A stretch of DNA of 50,961 bases, from positions 1-50,961 of the forward strand of contig JALAGF010005301.1 in assembly GCA_030167865.1 (NCBI GenBank), read 5' to 3'. This DNA is from Craspedostauros australis. Its lineage: Eukaryota. A program made the position numbers and the translations under genes. The notes under the pieces are model-generated. The model worked only from the letters and a program-made list of their open reading frames with translations. It was not told the origin of the DNA and did no database searches. Shown piece by piece: positions 10,189 through 22,600 of the stretch; the stretch's first letter is position 1; the number at the start of each line of letters is the position of its first letter.

Positions 10189-13100
10189 GTAAAGTGGTAT
10201 TGTTGCAAGTGTGGAGTAGCTCGTAGTCCAACGGAGGATTGTATGGTATTATTCGACCTACGTACCGCGATGCGATGCAATGCGATGCGATGTGATGTGG
10301 TGTCAGGTGATGTGGATCCCCTGGTTGGATCGGATGATACGCAGAACGACAGCAATCGGCATCAGAATCAGAAACAGTGTCGCACCACAACCACACTGAC
10401 CACATCAACGCCGACGGACAGGTTTGTCAGATTGTGACGTCTAGTTCGTGACTGGAAGCGACTGACGATCGTTCATGACTCCAATGGATTGAAAAATCAG
10501 TCGAATGGTTCGATTTGAATCAATCCAGAAAGCGAACTATTGGAGGACAAACCGAACTTCCGACAGCTGCTCATTCCTTGATGTGAAGAACAAGTTGTGG
10601 TAAATTTGTGACACGTGTATTTATTGATTGATGTCGCTGTCATGGCCGAAGATAGTCGCTGTTGAACAGCCGGCCTTTGTCAATTGCTTCGTTGGTGAGC
10701 AGCTGCGTTTGTGCCCTTGGTGTCTGTCTTTTTGTGTGGAATGCGCAACGTGTCATGTGCAACGCACGACGTGCCCAAGGAGGCGAAGGCACGATGACCA
10801 GGATGCTGGGCGGAGGGGAGAGCAGATGGCGACAACAGAGGGAAAACCTGCCCCACGCAGAGAGCAGTCCACGTATGACGTGGTGCGTACGAAGTACACT
10901 TCCATGACACTCCTCGCTCGTTGCAATTCCATTTGAAATTACTCAGTTGCCTTTGCGAGGAAAGAGAGGAGGAACACCGTTTGTGCGTGCATCGAGAGAG
11001 CGAGAGACCTGTTCCCTTCTTTTGTGGACGAGGTTGTGAAGAGAGATAGACAGCAAGAGGGCGAGAAGCAAGAGAACACCCAAGAGAGGATCGCTGGCCA
11101 CACGTACGCGTGAAACTACCCGTACCCTCACGCACACGCACCCACACGCACACACCCGTGCAGAAAGGAGATCAGAAGTGGGCGATTTGTGTCGAGACAG
11201 AAAGTCTGCGACTGAAGATCCCGTCCCAAGGAGAGAGGGAGAGAGCGAAGAGGGAACAAACAGACACGTTCGTCTGTTCCTTTCCTTGGTTGTCATTCCA
11301 CCCACGATTTACTCATAGTAGGTAGTACGGTCTACGGGAATCCCAACACCAGCGAGCTCCTTCAGATCCCGAACTCAAAGAGTCCTTTTGGGGGAAATTC
11401 TCACGCAGACGCGATCTTTTGCGGGACTGTCGTGTCCTCTGCGTGCTGTGTGTGTGTGGTCACGACCATCCACACCGCGTAGCATTCCACGTCCTTTGTT
11501 CATCTCTCTGTGGTTGGCGTTGCGTGGCTCCAGCGCGCAGCACAGCCACGAGTGCTTGCACTTGCATTTGGACCTGACTCTTTTGCGCCCTTGCGATCTT
11601 TCTCTCCCTCTCTGCGTTCCTTTGCGACTGCCGTTGCCACCGTTGTGTCCACTGGTGCGAAACCTCTTTCAAATCCCAGAACGCAAGCGCGCGCAACAAG
11701 AGGGAACGGAGGCATCTCCCCCCACGCAGCGCAGTGTTGGCAACAACAACAGCAACAGCCGATAGCAACGCTGGTTGGGGACGCAAGCCTCTTGGAAGAA
11801 GACAGAGGAGGGCGTGGTTGTTGACGGTATCAACATCATCACCAACATCACCAACATCCAAGGCGTCGCTCCACTCTAATCGTATCCGTGGGCATTGTCT
11901 CATCGATTAGATTATACTCGTTCCATACTTGTGGAGGCATCTGCGCCACGACAAGCGAGTTCGAGTTGGCAAGAGGAGGCGACCCATTTATGAGCATTGC
12001 GACCGTTGACTCATCCAACACAGCAACGACGTCAACCAAGCAAAGGCCAGGCCAGGTCGGGCTGAGGAAGTGAGAACTGAGACGGGCATAGTAGTACATG
12101 CCATACCTCCCCACACCTGCATTGTCGTCTCACTCTACCACTCTACTATACGAGTACAGATATAACTGCACGAGTACTCTGCAAGTGCCCCCCTGCGCAG
12201 GTAGCGGCGAGCACCTCGTACTACTACAGCAGCAGCAACAACAGCAACAAGACCATCAGCAAGACCACCATACACGGAGCTCGCGCCACACGCACTGCCC
12301 AACTGCTCATCTTGGACCTTTCGCGATTATCCATCGTTCTCCTGGAATTGCGAAACTTCGTCGGCACGCTGGGAAGCAGGACTATTCGGACGACACAAGA
12401 AACGTAACCAACGCAACGAACGCAGCGAACGCAACGAACACGAGAACGGGAGGGCCCAAGAACCCGAGAACGAATCCATTCTACGAACACGAGGATAGCA
12501 CGAGTATCTGCGCCATTGTGACGTTTATCATTCCATCGCAAACCCCTGCGTCACGGAGCAACAACCATCGACGTCGACAACTTGAACGTCAACCACGACA
12601 AACAACACCATCGCATTGCGCCCGGCAACCGCGCTGCCGGAATCAGCACTCGTGCCGCGAAGAACGGTTCCTATCCGGATTCCTTTCGCTTTGGGCACTT
12701 GCAGCCTTCCTCATCCAGAGACGATCCGCAAAGACAACCCCAACCGCGACTGTGGCGACGACGAGGCCCCCACTGCTCACGCGTGCTTGTTTGTCCGCAG
12801 ATCCTCTCCAGAGACGATAGAGATAGACGCACCAGCACGCAGACACGCAGATCCACGGAGAGGCGTTGGCAATAGGAACCAAGGCATCCACGCAAAAGAG
12901 TATCGTCACCAGGCCACACCACCGACCAACGAGAAGAGCGATCGGGTTCAGGTCGAAGTGACCGAGTGAGGAACAGTCTCGGCCACAAAGCCAGAAAAAC
13001 GCACACGGATTCCGCTTTCGTGGGAGGGGCCGTTGCTCTGCGCTAAGATTCTCTTCGTCACACAGGCGTTGCATCTCTTTGCACCGTTCCGACCTTTCTT

Positions 13101-13397
13101 CTTCGATCTCGTCCTCGGGCACTTTGGCTCCACCCTCGCCGAACGGCCTGCACAGCGTTGGCACTTGTGCGTTGTCCAGGCCGAATCTGTTCCATCCTCG
13201 TAGCAGCGGTCAATCTCAGGCGACTGTCTGGGCAGTTGCAACCATCCCGAAAGGCTCGCAACCTCGCAACGCTCATAACAATACCAACATCACTGGATCC
13301 ATCTCGGCAACTTTGCGCGTATCCATTTCTCGCCAGCACTGCTGCCTGCTCCAACTGCACTCATTCATTCCAAGCATAGCGCTCAACGCTCCCAGAC

Positions 13398-16300
13398 ATG
13401 GCAGGTAGCACCCAGGCTTCGAGTACATCGTACCGTTACCAACGCAACGACATGAAGCAGCCCAAGACAGGCAGCCGCAATGGAAGCGATGGCACTGCCG
13501 CCGAGGGTGGCAAATCGATTGTTGGAACCGGCCGGTTGGATACGAAGGGGTGGATTGAAGGGACTGCCAATGGTGAGTTGCCATGGTGACGGCTCGCACT
13601 TTGGAGTTTGCGTGCATGCATGGTGCCCGTGAGCTTGTCCGATCTGAATGGCGTTGTTGTTGAGGCCTCCTTGCAAGCGTCCAGCTATGAACCATGAGAC
13701 TGCTGTGCTGTATCAAGTGTACTGGTACTCTACGCGCATATTGGACTGAGCAACGCCTCTGAGGGCAACGGGCTGTTCGGCATCGCTTATTTCTCTCCAT
13801 GTAGCTCTACCATACCTCCGTCCCTTCTTGTCGCCAGGACAACCAACAGACCCACACAAAACACACACTCACATGCGAACTATCGTTGCTCATCCCACTT
13901 TCTCACTTGACTATTCGCATTGCCTCACCTCGCCAACAACATTCAATCCTGCGACCGCACTCGCAGCACGTCTGCAAAGCGGCCTGGCCTCACCCTATCC
14001 CTCCTTCCATGGCTTGCCACAGCAACGACCAGGCCAACCAACCAACTACGGTGCCATGCACTATGGACACAACGGAAGATCGAGGCTTGCAGATGACGGC
14101 TCCGTGATTTCAGCGGACGGTGAGCGGACGCCGCTCATATCCAACACAAGACCTTCGGAGCACGACTCGAAATTTCTCTTGCATGGCTCACGTCGCCATG
14201 ATTCGTACCCGCAACATCACCACATGTCCAACGCAGACGCACCGCCCAAGGAGCACTACATCCCCATCAACGGCTTGCCGCCAAATCGTCTTCAAAATCG
14301 TTCCTCCATGTCTTCGTCCTTGCCGTCGTCGCTCGCCAATCGATACAGCCAGAGCACTTCACAGAGCAGCAGCAGTGGGAGCGGGAGCGGGAGCTCGGAT
14401 CAAATCTCACCATCCCTTTCCACCTGCACATCATCCTCCGCCTCCTCGCCGAGCATGATGCAGCAGCTGTCATCAGCCTTGCCTTCGCCTTCGTACCCAC
14501 CGCGCGGGACGCTCGATGGTTCGGATGTTGTTCTCGAAGCCGCACGTCTCGGTCGTTCGTCCAGTCCCTCCGACTCGTCCACCGCCCGAACGACACGGTC
14601 TGCAGAACACAGCGCAAACATGGCTGGCAGGAGATCGTCTCCGTGGTGGTCAGCCACCAACAGCAACAACGGCGGCGGCTCAAGCACCCATGATCCAGCA
14701 GATCATACAGACAAGATCATCAACGTGTACTCGGACGACAAGTCGCAAACGCAGCAGCAAGTGCATCACCACGCGACGCTGTCCTACCGCCTGCGTCGGT
14801 GCCTTTGCTATCTCCCATTCTGCTGTCGCAAACGCAACAGCGAACATGATCATAGCAACTCGCATCGCGGCACTGGAAACAACAGCCGGTGCTTCTCGGA
14901 TGTGACGAAGTGCATCGTGGCCATTTCCCTTTCCTGCATCGCGCTGCTGCTGTGCAGCAAGGCCTTGTTCTCGCATGGCCTCTTCGATAGTCCCCAAGGA
15001 GCTGTGGATGCGAACGCAGATGAAAGTCCTTCATTTCCGCTCTTCTCGAATTCGATCGAAAAGATGAAGTGGGAAGACCAGTGGTTGCTGGATGAAAGAG
15101 GACGGTACCGTATCGTCGACTACGACCAACAGCCACCCTTCTTCCATGAAATGGCCAGCACCATCGCTGCGGGCGTGTACGGCAAGCCGCTGTACGGCGG
15201 GTTCGTCAATCGAGGTCAAGCCATGATGGGATTTGGTCTCAACTGCTCGATCGCTGCCGGCAAGGATGACGCGGCTCCCAAGCGTTGCTCGCCCATCATG
15301 CGTCCAAAGCGCTCCGTCGACGACGCCTTCTCCACCATCCCTTTCCAAGGTTTCCGCACCTTCCTGCAAGTTCAACCTCCGACGCCCTCCGACGATGCAC
15401 GGCAACAGAAAGCGAAACCGAGCCACGTCGCAACCAAGGTCGTGGAGCCCTTTTCAGCGCTCGGACCATCGATGGCGGACGCCACCAAGAAGCCAAAACG
15501 AACCATGTACATTGGAGAAGGCGTGACCAGCCTGCAGCTGCAGGAAGTCGATGAGCACAATCACCTCGAGACCAACATCACGTACTTCACGTTGCCAGAG
15601 GAAGACTTCGGGGCGATGGTTCGACGAGTGCAGATCACCAACTTGAAACATGATGCGGCAATCGCGTTTGGCATCCTGGACGGGTTGGTGCAGATGGAAC
15701 CGTCCAGGAACACTGACGATCAAGACAGCGGTGATGATGCGGAGAAGGATCACGACGGTGAAAGCGTGTACGAACCATATCACACGAAGCGGCAGCCGGA
15801 CCTCAAGGTGACCTTTCCGTACAGCAACACATACATCATGGCGTACTACCAATCCGCACGACAACGGCCATTCCAAAAGAGCAAGCAAGACGTGGCGCAG
15901 TTTGGAGGCGGCAGCGGACATTACTGCTTCGCGATGATGCAGTACAGAGACACCGAGCCGAGCACCGGCGGTGGCAGTCCCACCACCACCACTACCAAAG
16001 CCGCCATGCTTCCCATCGTTTACAACACCGAAACCATCTTTGGGCAGGACACTGCCTTCTCGCAGCCGCAAGGGCTGAACCACCAATCCATCAGTGACAT
16101 GATCCAAACCCAACCTCACGGAGAGCAGGGTCGGATGAAGACAGCTTCAGCATTTGCCGCATCCGACATGGTGGAGCTGGAACCGGGGCAGTCGGTCATC
16201 ATCACCTCCATCTACGGAAGAGCCGACAGCATCATGGATGTCCCTGTCTTCGCACGGCGCGTCATGCAGGAGGGCTTCGTGGACTTTAAATACTCCCGCA

Positions 16301-19187
16301 TCCAAGACCTTTGGCGACAACTGACAAGAAGCACGGAGACGACATCCAGCAGCACCATGTGGAACAAGTTCGTGGCGCGCATGTACCTTCACAACTCGCT
16401 CATTGGCGGGTATCCGCTCATTTTGGGCGATTCCGCCATCACAGACGACGGCACGCGGGCGGTGGACGAAGATCCACGGCTCAAGGTGTACCACACATTC
16501 TCCACCTCCAACGAAGGAGGATATGACATGCCATCCATGTTCTTTTCGCAGGTGAGCCCTTTCCAAGTGACTTGTTCTGTCTTGTTTTCCTGTCCTGTCC
16601 TGGAAAATGTCGCCTTGCGACCACCGTTGCGGTTGCCATCCACTGTTGTGCATTGTGTGATCTGGGACGATACGCTGCATCCATCATCGGTGCTTTGTGA
16701 ATCCTCCTCCTGTGCTTGCATGGCCAAATGAGATTCGTCGAAACAGCAATACCAGCACCTCCGTCGTCACCACCAGCTACTACTAAAACTACAGCTACAA
16801 TTACAGCTCCACCAATGGCAGATCATCTCACCATCTCATCGTCCAATTCTTTTCTTTCATTGTATTAATCTTGTTCATCACTACTCCGCCTTCATCTCCG
16901 TCGCCAGACCAACGCCAACTTTGCCGCGGCCATGGATAACCGGAGGAATGACGTGGTCTTCAATCCGCGCATCAGCTCTTCCAACCTCCGCACGCTCCTT
17001 ACCTTCATGCGGTCCGACGGGAGCTTTCCATCCACGCTGGGATCCATGGTATTCAACGTGAAGACTCCTCAACTGTGCGCCGAACTGGCACAGCGCGCCG
17101 TTGGACAAGCGGAAGGCCATCGTGCCCAGCGTGAAGCCTTGTCCGGCAAGCTGGAACAAGGTCCGTACATTCCAGGCGAGCTGTTTGCTTTTCTGGAAGA
17201 ACATCACATCGGCCTGATGATATCACGGCAAGAATTCATCGACATCGTCCTCGCGGCATCAGATATGATTCTCGTCGCCAACGATGGCGATGCGTCGTCC
17301 CACAAGAACGGGCAAGGGCCGAGGAGCGAACGGGCATGGATGACAGTGCTCGAGATGCTCAAGTCGTTCCTTTTCATTTTCCCAGACAACGAGGAATGGC
17401 TTCTCTTCGAAGAGCAACTCCCTTACTTTGCGGCCACAGGTAACGCTCCCTCATACGATTATGATGGCGGGACGTCAGGTGGCATCTCCGTCCAAGATGT
17501 TCGATCGAACTTGCAACACGACCAGTTCGGGAAGATCTTCAGGAGTACCGCCTTCGAGAAGCTCCTCTTGCTGGCAACCAGCAAGTTTGCATCGAGGGAT
17601 CCTCTCGGAATCGGCATTATCGACGAGAGCGCATCAGTGATGCCGTATTCCGCCCACAACTCTCGTGTCTGGAGCGACGTCACCTTCACATCACAACTCA
17701 AATCGCTCCTGCAGTACCTGCGGGATGCTCTGAGTACGTACGAGACGACCATCACCATCTCGAATGAGCTGTCCAAACTCCTCGACGACATCAACGATGC
17801 GTTGGATGAGAAGAGGAAGGCCCTCAACGAGCCTGTGCTGAAGGAAGCTGGAACTGGTGATACTGGAAAGGCGACGAAGGAATCCTTCCAATCTCTATTC
17901 TCTGCGTCCGCACCCCAACTCATCCCACAGCCATACGTGGCAAGTTGGAATCGGATTATGGATGCTCTGTCGACCTACACTCGATCTACGAAGGACACAT
18001 TCGGTGGTTGGGCCATCCCTGTCCCTGCTCATGTCATCGTCGATGCCTTGGACGTGTGGCTGGAGGAAATCGAATTCGACTCTGCATTTTCTGCTGGTCT
18101 AGGCACATCGACAGACCAGCTGGATGAGGCGGAGTCCTACTCCCATCCATTGCCGACATACTTCAAGTACGAAATCACCGCATGGGCTGCACCAGACGAT
18201 GGAATGGAAGGCGAAAATACCCATTCCGCTTTCGTCGGTGCTCCAGCTGAAATCAAGGTCATCCCGCAGCCCCTCTTCTTGGATGGTGCTGTCTACGCCA
18301 TGAATGCGGCAACACCGGACGAAGCACAAAAGATTTATTCCGATCTCCGGAACAGCGCGCTCTTCGACGACACGCTGGTCACCTACCGTCGCTGCCACGG
18401 CACCGGTATGGGCGACGACCGGTGCTGGTTGCCAGATGTTGCCTCATCCTACGACTCCCATTATTCGATCCCTGACGAAGCGGTGAGTTCCACAGCAATC
18501 AACTTCAAGCTGTACCTCGAGCTTCTGAGGAATGGAATGCACGAACACTTCTTCGAAGCGTTGTTGTCTGGAGGGATGCCCCCATTCATCGACCCTGAAC
18601 TATACGGACGGGCTGTTCTGGATCCGACATCCCACGTTGTGATGTCAGATGTTGGATTCTCGTCGCTCATCGGGCGCGGATTGTCAACGCCCATGCACGA
18701 CAAGGCCGTGGGGTCTTCTGACTTCTTGTCCCTGTGGGTTCGAATGATGGTTGGCCCGACGATGTTCTTCATCCAAAACAACGAAAATGATGAAGGGAAG
18801 CATCTGGAGATGCAGCTGCGTCCGACCATCCCGCTGTGGATGTTCACCAGAATCGGCGGTGACAGTGATGGTGACGATGATGACAGCGCACGGCCGACTT
18901 CTCAAGCGCTGCGTGCGACGGTTCAGTTTTCACCATCACCGTTGCAAGCAACTGTGGGATCGGGCAAGGCCGTCCACCACATTGGATTCATGCTGTTCTC
19001 ATCCATCCAAGTGGATTACTTCAATGAGCGAGGTACCGATTTGAAGGAAGCAGTCCCCAGCCGGTACCGTGTCATCTTGCGAGATGGCACCGTCTTCGAC
19101 GTCCCAACGTCGACCATCCGAGGCGAACTGGCAGCCAAGATCCGGCGCGTGACGTTCATCGAGAGCATAGAAGCGTACTATGAATAA
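13398..19187 (+). CDS. GH161 (beta-1,3-glucan phosphorylase)-like protein with long disordered N-terminus and a single TM helix; exons 13398-13572, 13967-16551, 16908-19187 (~1679 aa)
   Basis: YRIVDYDQQPPFF..AGVYGKPLYGGFVNRGQAMMGFG, GFRTF, YFTLPEEDFGAMVRRVQITN, YLHNSLIGGYP, NRRNDVVFNP, KLYLELLRNG, PFIDPELYGR recall the GH161 family. Donors GTGAGT(13573) and GTGAGC(16552) with acceptors ending 13966 and 16907 keep frame. TM: CIVAISLSCIALLLCSKALF. Confidence 0.75.
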
Positions 19188-19608
19188 TAAAATACTTAGA
19201 GCATGGTTGAATCCAGCCCCAAGCAACGCGATGTTGCGCAAAGCACAAAGACATGCGATGGCATCAAAGCGTATGGAACACGCCATTAGTATCATGTCAT
19301 GGAGAACGACAGTTCATGATCGATGCACGGGAGTGCTCCCATGACTGACCGAAGGCGTTGGGTGCCGTTGCTCGTGCATGTATGTATCTATTGCTACATC
19401 CAGAGTGTATGGCATCGATGCATGGTAGTGCAAACTTGGGGCTGCTGGGAGAATACGCGCAAGACAAGAGTTATGTTTAGAGTAAAGTAAGTACTCCAGA
19501 GAGCACAGCATGTCCGGGTGGAGTGACTACATTGATTCTCCATGACGTTGACAGGACGACGAATGACGTGTACGTTCGTACACCACATCTTACTACTACC
19601 CTCTCTAT

Positions 19609-22600
19609 TCATTGATTCTTTCTTTCCACGCTGCTTCTTGTGACACGCCGATTGTTGGAGAATGTCCTGGTTTGCGATGAAGGAGATATGACGGAGCTGT
19701 ACAAGTCCGAAATCATCCCCATCCCACTCGTCCACGACCTGCCTTCGTCAGACGACGATGCTCCCGCCTTGGCCTTGGTGGTCATGCGTGGTATGATTCC
19801 CTCTTCTGCGGCTGAAGCTGACGATGGTGACCGTCGTCGTGATTTCATGGTGGTGCTTGCAAAAGTCATGCGGCTGTTGGAACCTGCAATCCCGTTCCGA
19901 TCGGACTTATGGTGGTGCCGTTGGTTGCGGGCGTGGGTATCAAGGTCGAACTGGGACAGGTAACCTTTTCTTCCGCTCGGGTATCGCATGAGACCCTGAT
20001 CATCATCGTCGTGTTCAACTCCATTGTTGTTGCTGTTGCTGTTGCTGTTGCCTCGATGGCCAGCCATCGTTCGTTTGTATGCAGTTCCTGAAATGGCAGA
20101 CCGGGCTGTGGCACCGACATCATCATCCCGACCTTCCACGTCCTCGTTCTCATCTTTGTCGCCGTGGGTGTCGTTATCACTGACGAACGAACGGAGAGGT
20201 TGCTGCCTGGATTCATTGTCGGTGCCGTATTCGCTACCGTTGGTTCTGGTGATGGTGATCCTGATGCTGCTGTTGGAATTCGCCATTCGAATGTTCGTGA
20301 CATCCGGATCTTGCAGTTCAGTTTCGATGGATTCCGCAGAACTGGAAATGGCCACGACGCCCATCTCCGACAGCAGGCCGCCCGACGAAGAAGTGGACGC
20401 AGATACGGACGTTTGAAGACCTTCGTGCCTTTCGTTGGCATCGAGTACACCAAGAACTGCTGGTTCATTGTGATGCCCTTGTCTGTCGGGTTTGTCGATG
20501 GGCGACCAGGTACTGGTTGGAGGATCCGATGAAACCCGTGGTGACGCCTTCAGGTATGCGGTGATGGGTGTGACATTCGGCTCATCGGTTGAGTCGATGC
20601 TCGCGTCTGAGAAGAGGTTGTCTTGATCTTCTGAAATCGGTTCGTAGTTGTGGCTACTGAGGAAGGTCCTCACCAAAGAACTTGCCATCACCGCACTTCG
20701 AGGAGAACGTAAGCTGGAGCGGCATTGTCTCCCGCTTGTCTTGAGCTGCTGATGTTGCTGTTCGGCACCTTCAATGTTGTTGGTGTCGTGGGAGGTAATG
20801 ATGGTGCCCGGACCGCTGATGTCAGAGTAAGGCGTTGCGACAGTAGCGTCAGTCATGCTTTCGCTGTTGGCTTGCGCAGTTTTGTGGTTTTTCAACGCAG
20901 TGGTTGCTGGTGCTGACAGTGGCGCTGACACTGACACTGACGCTGCTGCTGTTGGTGCTCTCGCTCTCGCCTTCGGTGTTTGGCCTGACGACGACAGAGG
21001 CGATCTTGGCGGAAGACCAATTCTACCTTGTTCGGTGCGCGTGCCACCATATGTGTCCACATCCTCCAACCAAGCGTCAAGTTTGCTTTTTTGACGACGG
21101 GCATGCTGATGCTGCTGCTGTTGGTGATCTTCCAATAGAGCAGACCAGTGGGAGACGCGGTTCACAGTCGTATTGCTCCTGGCAACACCGATTTCGGATC
21201 CGCGATCATCCATATCCGTGCAATCCACTATTTCCAGTGGCGATGACGCTGTGCCCATCACTGGAGCATGCGCGCCGTCCTTGCGGCGATGATTCAGCTG
21301 TCCACCGTTGTGTCTGTTCACCCTTGTATCTCCAGGTCTTTCGGCGTCGATTTCGGCGCATTCTTTGACGTCAGCCACTGTGTCCAAGAAGGCTTCCTCA
21401 ACGATGGTTTTGATCATCCCGCCGGTATGGCCAACGAACATTTCTTCAACCATGTTGTCAAGCATGGAGATGCTGTCGATGCCGCCGTCGCTGTGCTCCA
21501 TACTTTGGGATTCTGTTAGGATGTCGTCTGAGAGTTGCTGGGAGACGTTGTTGCTGCTTTTGTTGTTGTTGTTGTTGCCGCGGTCAATCTCATTCGCAAC
21601 TGGTCGATTGACGAATATCTGCGTGTTCCAACCGGAATTGGATATTGATCTAGCAGCGCCTCCGCCACCCATCAGGCGTTCAAATTCCACCATACGGAAG
21701 GAATCGTGCAAGGAGCTCGATCGTTCATCACTGGGGGATCCATCGATGATGCTGGATGATTTCATCGATTGCAGGATTGAGTCTTCCTCGATTTGGAACT
21801 TGCTTTGCTGAAGCTCGCTGCTTTCGTCACTAGGCGTTCCCAAGTCGCATGCCTTTTCCGCCGATTGCGAGCTCGCCAGGACGTCATTCAACGCACTGAA
21901 AACGGGATTCTTATCCTGGATGTTGCTTCTGTTGTTGTTGCCACCGTTTGGTGCACCCATGGACTTGTTTGCGTGGCAGCCGGTGGTTGTTTCTCTGGCA
22001 CTGGAGATGCGAACGTTCGGGCCCCCGACATGCCACAAGGTTTCTGCGTCTGATGTTTCTGGCTCGGTTGTGGTCACTTCATCCTCGGCGACGATGTTGT
22101 TGACGATAGTGTCGATGGTGGTGGTGGTGATGTTGTTGTTTCTAATGGGACCATCTTCGTGTTGGTTGGAATGCATGTTGTTGCTTTCGTGGATGTGCTG
22201 TGATGGCTGCTGTGCTGGCTGAGAAGAAAGCTTGTACAGGGAGAAGAAGGAAAGAGTTGAATCCGATGGATTCGTCCTTATATTTTCGTTCTGCCCCTTC
22301 CGTACCTCGGTGCTCCATCGTTCCATGATGTCATCATTGCGATCTGCATCTACTGCAATATGATTCACCGTACTTTGATCTTCTCTCTCATACATTTCAT
22401 CGTTGGTGCCACCCTTGGGATGCACAGTGGCGATTGTTTCCAAGTCAGACCCAGATTGTGACGAAAAGAGCAACTCGTTGAGCAACCTTTCTGCATGTTC
22501 GGCTTCATCCTGGAGTTGAGAGGAGGCGGTTGGGCTTGTTGGACGGTCGTCACGATGTGGAGAGGTGTCGATGGGCGTTGATTCGGTCCGTTGATTCGTG

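Noticed and set aside
10453..10464. 12-mer TGGAAGCGACTG also present at 29637-29648, both upstream of plastid-targeted genes
   Set aside because: Dozens of chance 12-mer matches are expected within 51 kb.
13828..13966. ORF-track start of the 967-aa ORF and its read-through tail to 16731
   Set aside because: Both fall in predicted introns (13573-13966 and 16552-16907); the spliced model restores a continuous GH161-like sequence.
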